DNA from: a virus
Strand: one strand, 5' to 3'
DNA: 64,000 bases
IMG/VR virus record: IMGVR_UViG_3300020182_001907
In this document: piece after piece, positions 59,273 through 64,000 of the stretch
How the letters are laid out: every line of letters begins with the position of its first letter
How positions within the stretch are numbered: position 1 is the stretch's first letter
Translations under genes and position numbers: made by a program
Notes under the pieces: generated by a model
What the model was told of the DNA's origin: nothing
Database searches by the model: none
Seen by the model: the letters and a program-made list of their open reading frames with translations, nothing else

Positions 59273-59817
59273 ATTATAAATTACAAAAGTGGGACGAAGT
59301 AGCTACAAGCTACTTACAATCATTTGGGCAACAAGTTCCTGTTTACTCGCCTTCAGTATTTAGGGAATACAGAGGAGAAATTTTTACAACTTTCCACAGT
59401 CAAAAACATCCAGTACTAGAATACTTGACTAGCAATGTGAACATACACGCAAGATTTAGTAAAAGTTACAAAGGAGTTTTGCGAGGATTACATTACGACA
59501 ACAAAACTTGGAAATTAGTTCAAGCAATAGTGGGTGATATGTACTTCGTAGTATTAGACGTTAGACCAGATAGCAGTACATATGGTTTGTGGGAAAGTTA
59601 TATACTCAGTGAACACACCAGAGATCAAGTATTAGTTCCGCCAGGATTTGCTAACGGGTTTTTTGCTTTAACTGATTGCATGTTCCACTACAATTTATTT
59701 TATGAAGGAGAATATGTAGATGAAAATGCACAAGGCATTGTTAAGTGGAATGATAAAAATTTTAACATCAAATGGCCCACAAATAATCCTATTTTACAAA
59801 CAAGGGATGAATCTTGA
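59269..59817 (+). CDS. rmlC: dTDP-4-dehydrorhamnose 3,5-epimerase (RmlC) family cupin
   Basis: 'FREYRG', 'SKSYKGVLRGLHY', 'KLVQAIVG....VVLDVRPDS.TYG.W', 'VPPGFANGF', 'WND..FNIKWP'. Confidence 0.85.
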   Translation: MNYKLQKWDEVATSYLQSFGQQVPVYSPSVFREYRGEIFTTFHSQKHPVLEYLTSNVNIHARFSKSYKGVLRGLHYDNKTWKLVQAIVGDMYFVVLDVRPDSSTYGLWESYILSEHTRDQVLVPPGFANGFFALTDCMFHYNLFYEGEYVDENAQGIVKWNDKNFNIKWPTNNPILQTRDES

Positions 59818-60512
59818 CATACAATGAATGCCATGCTTTTGGATGCAGTTTTACTTTTGGAACCTCGTTAGAGCTAGAAAGCAGCAACTGGAATCGCATG
59901 GACAGATTCTCATCATTGGTTGCTGAACACTTAGGATGTAAGGAAGTAAATCATGGACTTCAAGGATGTTCGACGGCTGGTATCTTGGACAGTGTGTACA
60001 AATTTGCTAATACTCGCAGTAAGCAACAAGCAGCAGACAATCACAATACTTTATTAATTATACAAACCTCTATTCTTTCTAGGTTGCAAGTATCTAGCAG
60101 TAGCCATAATAATTATTATCAGGTAATGAACTCAGACCAACCTGAGCCATGGATTAAAGATTTTTATAACATGTATCTAGCATATTCCTATAATAATTTA
60201 CTTGCATCTCAACAGTTAACTCAAAACATCACTGTGGTTGATGGTTATTTAAAGCATCAAGGATATTCGGTTATTTGGGTACCACTTGATTGGGATGTTA
60301 ATTCACCAAAATCGAGTGATTTTGATCCCAGAATATCAATTGTAGACTTTGGCGATAAAGACCGACTTACTGATATGTTAGTGTTCGCTGACAGACACAG
60401 ACTGCGTTTAGTAGATTTACCTGACGGTCCAAAAGATTACCACCTTTCCAAGAAAGGCCATCAAGAAGTAGCACAAAAGATAATTAATTGTATACAACGG
60501 GACAAGCCATGA
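59814..60512 (+). CDS. SGNH/GDSL-like hydrolase or acyltransferase
   Basis: Block I 'AFGCSFTFG', block II 'NHGLQGCS', C-terminal 'DYHLSKKGH'. TTG start overlaps the upstream TGA. Confidence 0.7.
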   Translation: MTYNECHAFGCSFTFGTSLELESSNWNRMDRFSSLVAEHLGCKEVNHGLQGCSTAGILDSVYKFANTRSKQQAADNHNTLLIIQTSILSRLQVSSSSHNNYYQVMNSDQPEPWIKDFYNMYLAYSYNNLLASQQLTQNITVVDGYLKHQGYSVIWVPLDWDVNSPKSSDFDPRISIVDFGDKDRLTDMLVFADRHRLRLVDLPDGPKDYHLSKKGHQEVAQKIINCIQRDKP

Positions 60513-61138
60513 TCAAAAATTTATCTGCATATGAAAAAGTGCGTGACATCGATTACTCAGTACAAGATCTTAAAGACTTTGAGTTGGATATAGTTGAACA
60601 CTGGGAAGCAGGCAAAATACATGGACCTGTACATCTTAGTCATGGGAACGAACAACAACTAATAGAAATATTCCAGTGTATAAGTAAACAAGATTGGGTG
60701 TTCAGTACATGGAGAAGTCACTACCATGCATTGCTAAAAGGAGTTCCGCCTGATCAGGTAAAATCAGATATATTAGCAGGAAACAGCATTACACTGTCTA
60801 ATGTTGAACATAATTTTACTAGTAGTGCAATAGTAGGTGGGTGTTTAAGTATAGCATTAGGTTTAGCACTGGGGTTAAAAGAAACCGGCAGTAAAGATCG
60901 TGTTTGGTGCTTTATTGGTGACATGTGTTTTGAGAGTGGATTGTTTTATGAGACACACAAATATGCACGTAACTTTAATTTACCTTTACACTTTATAGTA
61001 GAAGATAACGGCGTAGCAACTAACACGCCAACTAAAGAAACCTGGAACGGAAAACGTGATATACCAGACGATGTAATTTATTACACATACGAATCAAAAT
61101 ATCCTCATTACGGTACGGGGAAATGGGTAATATTTTGA
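60509..61138 (+). CDS. Short ThDP-dependent enzyme, pyruvate/acetoin dehydrogenase E1 alpha-like
   Basis: 'GKIHGPVHLSHGNE', 'STWRSHYHAL', 'SAIVGG....ALGLA', ThDP motif 'FIGDM...IVEDN'. ATGA overlap at 60509. Confidence 0.85.
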   Translation: MIKNLSAYEKVRDIDYSVQDLKDFELDIVEHWEAGKIHGPVHLSHGNEQQLIEIFQCISKQDWVFSTWRSHYHALLKGVPPDQVKSDILAGNSITLSNVEHNFTSSAIVGGCLSIALGLALGLKETGSKDRVWCFIGDMCFESGLFYETHKYARNFNLPLHFIVEDNGVATNTPTKETWNGKRDIPDDVIYYTYESKYPHYGTGKWVIF

Positions 61139-62577
61139 ATGTAAAATTTGTTTATCAAAATTGGCATGATGGTTATCCTATTACTAATGGTTTGAATGCA
61201 GCGGCACTAAAAGAAGTGATACGCAGATGGGAAGAACCTTCGTGTAATGCGCAATCTCCAAATGATTTAGCTCACGAAGCCTGCCACGCAGTTGGACTAA
61301 ATTTCCCCTACCATCTAAAATCACAATGGTGGAAGCAAGCCGGTATTGAAGAAGTGAGAGTCCAAGACATAGACCCTCAGAGCGATACTATATGGATATA
61401 TCCTAACAACATAATGCGCGATTTCGGTGGTGTTGTGAGTGATTCCTACGATTTTTTTAGTGTATTATCTCCTGAATTGTTAGCATTTATGAGATCAGGA
61501 ACAGTAAAAATTCTGTTCGACAACTCTCACGATCCCACAGTGAACCAGGCACACTGTGGCCAAAAGAGTATATCGTATAAGTTCGAACTTAATGGTATTA
61601 ATCCTAACAACGTATTGTTTATAGCTGGCGACACCGACAGTGCGGTAGAAACTACAAAACATCTTAAGATGAAAATAATCCCGTTGGGTAAGTTTTATCC
61701 TTGGTGCGCCGCAAATACTTTTGTTGAGGCCTCTAAAGACAGCATTATAGATCCCATAGGCTTAAAGTCAGAGTATGTTACAGCAGCTGATTTGGATTCT
61801 AGTAAGATAAGAAAACACAAATTTTTAAGTTTTAATAGATCTTTACGCCCTCATAGACTTTGGCTTCTATGTAAAAGCATAGAACAAAACTGGTTAAAAG
61901 ACAATTTATTTAGTTTTTTGTCAATGGCTGGTGGCCGGGAGGTAGCGCAGGATATATTACTCAATATAAATTCTGATTACGATATTGCATCCAAAATTCC
62001 AAACAGCGGCTTAAAGAATATTATAGACCGCGATTCGATGCCCTGGTTGCCCCCTATTGCTAAGTTTAGCCAAAAAGTGGTAGACGAAGCTAAAAAAATT
62101 ATTCCGTTAGAATTAGATACACAATCAGTGCCCAGGGACAATCTGGGAGGGTTTAGTACTAGTAGTTGTAATAACAAACAATTTTACTCAGAAAGTTACT
62201 TTAATATCACTACAGAAACTGGACTTGATTATATGTTTCTTAGTGAAAAAACATTTAGACCTATTCAAAATTTACAACCATTTATTTTTATAGGACCAGC
62301 AGGTGCTTTAAAATATTTAAAAACTCAAGGCTTTAAAACTTTTGATTCAGTAATAGATGAATCCTACGATTTGGAAGCAGATCCCAGCATACGACTTACA
62401 ATGATAGCAGAGCAAATAAACAAAATTAACAATATGGACATGCAAACTGTCCACGATATGTACTATAGTTTAACAGATATACTTATACATAATCAACAAC
62501 ACCTACTTACATTTTGCGGAGATTCTCCGTATATAGAAAGTATGGAATACATAAAAGGAATATATAGTGGAAATTAA
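61123..62577 (+). CDS. Putative GT10-like glycosyltransferase, paralogue 3
   Basis: 'FLSFNR..RPHR', 'YFNITTET...FLSEKTFRPIQNLQPF...LK.QGFKTF..VIDESYDLE.D'. Confidence 0.55.
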   Translation: MGNILNVKFVYQNWHDGYPITNGLNAAALKEVIRRWEEPSCNAQSPNDLAHEACHAVGLNFPYHLKSQWWKQAGIEEVRVQDIDPQSDTIWIYPNNIMRDFGGVVSDSYDFFSVLSPELLAFMRSGTVKILFDNSHDPTVNQAHCGQKSISYKFELNGINPNNVLFIAGDTDSAVETTKHLKMKIIPLGKFYPWCAANTFVEASKDSIIDPIGLKSEYVTAADLDSSKIRKHKFLSFNRSLRPHRLWLLCKSIEQNWLKDNLFSFLSMAGGREVAQDILLNINSDYDIASKIPNSGLKNIIDRDSMPWLPPIAKFSQKVVDEAKKIIPLELDTQSVPRDNLGGFSTSSCNNKQFYSESYFNITTETGLDYMFLSEKTFRPIQNLQPFIFIGPAGALKYLKTQGFKTFDSVIDESYDLEADPSIRLTMIAEQINKINNMDMQTVHDMYYSLTDILIHNQQHLLTFCGDSPYIESMEYIKGIYSGN

Positions 62578-63532
62578 ATCAAAAAACATCATTGTTACAG
62601 GCGCAAACGGGCTTGTAGGCTTACCTGCTGTTGAAAAATGTTTAGCAGAAGGAGCAAGTAATGTTTATGCAGTGGATATTAATACTAACAAATTAGAACA
62701 ATTAGGAAAACATCCTAATCTACACATAGTCAACTCAGACTTGACTTATCTAGATAAGTGTGAAGATCTTTTTAAAAATAAAGACATTAACATAGTATTA
62801 CATATTGCAGGCATTAAAGGATCTCCTGCAAGGTCTTCAAAACAACCTTGCGACTTTTTGTTTCCGATGTTAATGTTTAATACAAATATGATTAAAGCAG
62901 CATTTGATGCAAAAGTGGACTGGTTTGTTTATCTATCTTCTGTAGGCGTGTACCAACCTAGCCAAATTATGTATGAAGATGATGTATGGGCAACAGTTCC
63001 ATCTAAAAATGATTGGTATCCAGGCTGGACAAAGCGCATGGGTGAATTAACATTAGAATCTTTACAGGTACAATATGGATGGAACAATTGGACTGTTATT
63101 CGACCGTCAAACATTTACGGGGTTAACGATAACTTTGCTCAAGATGCAACAGTTATTAGTAGTAATATTTGGAAATTAAAAAATGTTCCAGGAAACATTG
63201 TGGCGTGGGGCGATGGATCCCCAAAACGAGACTTTGTATTTAGTGACGATGTTGCTCAAGCAAGCATTGATGCAGTAAAAAAAGAAGTAAATGATATTAT
63301 TAACTTTGGATGCGGCAAAGCAGTAAGTATTAAAGAAACTATAGAAACTATAGTAGATGTTTACACAGAAATTTCAGGCGAAGAACGAAATATTGTTTGG
63401 GATGAAACAAAAATGAACGGAGATCCTATAAGATGTTTAAGTTCAGCTCGCCAAGAAAAATATGATATACTACCTAATACTTCTCTCAGAGATGGGATCA
63501 AAAAAACTATAACTACGTATTTTGATTTATAA
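62567..63532 (+). CDS. NAD(P)-dependent epimerase/reductase (extended SDR, GDP-fucose-synthase-like)
   Basis: 'IIVTGANGLVG', 'LHIAG', 'YLSSVGVY', 'RPSNIYG..DNF', 'WGDGSPKRDFVF..DVA', 'NFGCG'. GTG start with AAGGA SD. Confidence 0.88.
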   Translation: MEIKSKNIIVTGANGLVGLPAVEKCLAEGASNVYAVDINTNKLEQLGKHPNLHIVNSDLTYLDKCEDLFKNKDINIVLHIAGIKGSPARSSKQPCDFLFPMLMFNTNMIKAAFDAKVDWFVYLSSVGVYQPSQIMYEDDVWATVPSKNDWYPGWTKRMGELTLESLQVQYGWNNWTVIRPSNIYGVNDNFAQDATVISSNIWKLKNVPGNIVAWGDGSPKRDFVFSDDVAQASIDAVKKEVNDIINFGCGKAVSIKETIETIVDVYTEISGEERNIVWDETKMNGDPIRCLSSARQEKYDILPNTSLRDGIKKTITTYFDL

Positions 63533-63580
63533 GAAAATAGTTTTGCATTACCGAATTTTTTTGCTGTAAAAGACTGCCAC

Positions 63581-63588
63581 GATAAATA
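63581..63588 (+). promoter_or_regulatory. Putative late promoter box GATAAATA
   Basis: Lies in the 80-nt gap before the last SDR gene. Confidence 0.55.
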
Positions 63589-63612
63589 TTACACACAAAC
63601 ACAGAGACAAAC

Positions 63613-64000
63613 ATGGAACTTACAGACAAAATATTAATAACAGGTGCCAGCGGATTTATTGGCAGTAATATTCTTAAAAATCTTTACAGTAAAGGATATA
63701 GGAACATACGAACTACAAGTCTTTCAAGAGATTTAAGAAATGACTTTACTGGTTGCGAAACAATCGAACATCTTAAAGGTGATTTAAAAGAAGAACAGTT
63801 CTGTACTAGTGTAACCAAGGACTGTGATGTAGTTATAAATTGCGCTGCAAGCACGTCAAATGCACTGGACACCAAAGTCAATCCATTAATCCACGTAACC
63901 CCTAACATAATTATGAATGTTAATTTGCTAGAACAATCATGGAGAAACTCTGTGAGTAAATTTGTATTCATTAGTAGTAACACTGTATACCCCGAGATGG
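63613..64000 (+). CDS. NAD(P)-dependent epimerase/reductase (extended SDR), 3'-truncated by the window end; absent from the ORF track
   Basis: Manual translation gives MELTDKILITGASGFIGSNIL...GDL...DVVINCAA...KFVFISSNTVYP, open to position 64000. Confidence 0.85.
   Translation, partial: MELTDKILITGASGFIGSNILKNLYSKGYRNIRTTSLSRDLRNDFTGCETIEHLKGDLKEEQFCTSVTKDCDVVINCAASTSNALDTKVNPLIHVTPNIIMNVNLLEQSWRNSVSKFVFISSNTVYPEM

Noticed and set aside
60509-61138. Auxiliary metabolic pyruvate dehydrogenase (pdhA)
   Set aside because: Too short, has an altered GDG motif, has no E2/E3 in the window, and sits in a sugar-nucleotide context, so the symbol was not assigned.
63533-63580. Possible intrinsic terminator; also AT palindromes at 43393-43425
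   Set aside because: Only weak, imperfect AT-rich stems without a GC-rich hairpin followed by a U-tract.
544-63983. Dozens of 60-130 aa ORFs on the minus strand, plus two short + strand ORFs in alternative frames (1527, 21801)
   Set aside because: All lie within or overlap long, motif-bearing + strand genes, have no recognisable motifs, and are the expected shadows of Thr/Val/Asn-rich codon usage.
63684-63983. 99-aa minus-strand ORF at the window end
   Set aside because: It is antisense to a clear SDR gene starting at 63613, which the ORF track missed because it has no stop in the window.
1-64000. Stop-codon reassignment, as seen in some large phages
   Set aside because: Genes are full length under the standard code, and TAA, TAG (43392, 51524, 55201) and TGA all end genes at sensible boundaries.

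Overview
AT-rich, gene-dense window. All credible genes are on the + strand and use the standard genetic code (TAA, TAG and TGA all act as stops). It reads as part of a large contractile-tailed (myovirus-like, probably jumbo) phage genome. 1-46272 is a baseplate/tail module: gp25-like and enlarged gp6-like wedge proteins, a 7914-aa mosaic structural protein, two paralogous tail fibres with different C-terminal autocleaving chaperone-type domains, and between them a ~4110-aa protein that fuses an intact subtilisin (S8) to cadherin-like, LamG, Calx-beta-like and FG-GAP adhesion domains. 46337-64000 is a >17.6-kb glycan biosynthesis island that runs off the window end. It holds three GT-A-like and three GT10-like putative glycosyltransferases, a UDP-sugar dehydrogenase, a methyltransferase, an SGNH protein, three radical SAM enzymes, an RmlC variant, a short ThDP-dependent E1-alpha-like protein and two SDR epimerase/reductases. 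The same T4-late-promoter-like box, (G/T)ATAAATA, sits in all five larger intergenic gaps, both in the tail module and in the glycan island. The main hypothesis is a late-expressed, phage-encoded system that builds an unusual (possibly branched, methylated or acylated) glycan and attaches it to the virion, next to a virion-borne protease-adhesin. All family assignments come from motif recognition by eye; no database search was run.
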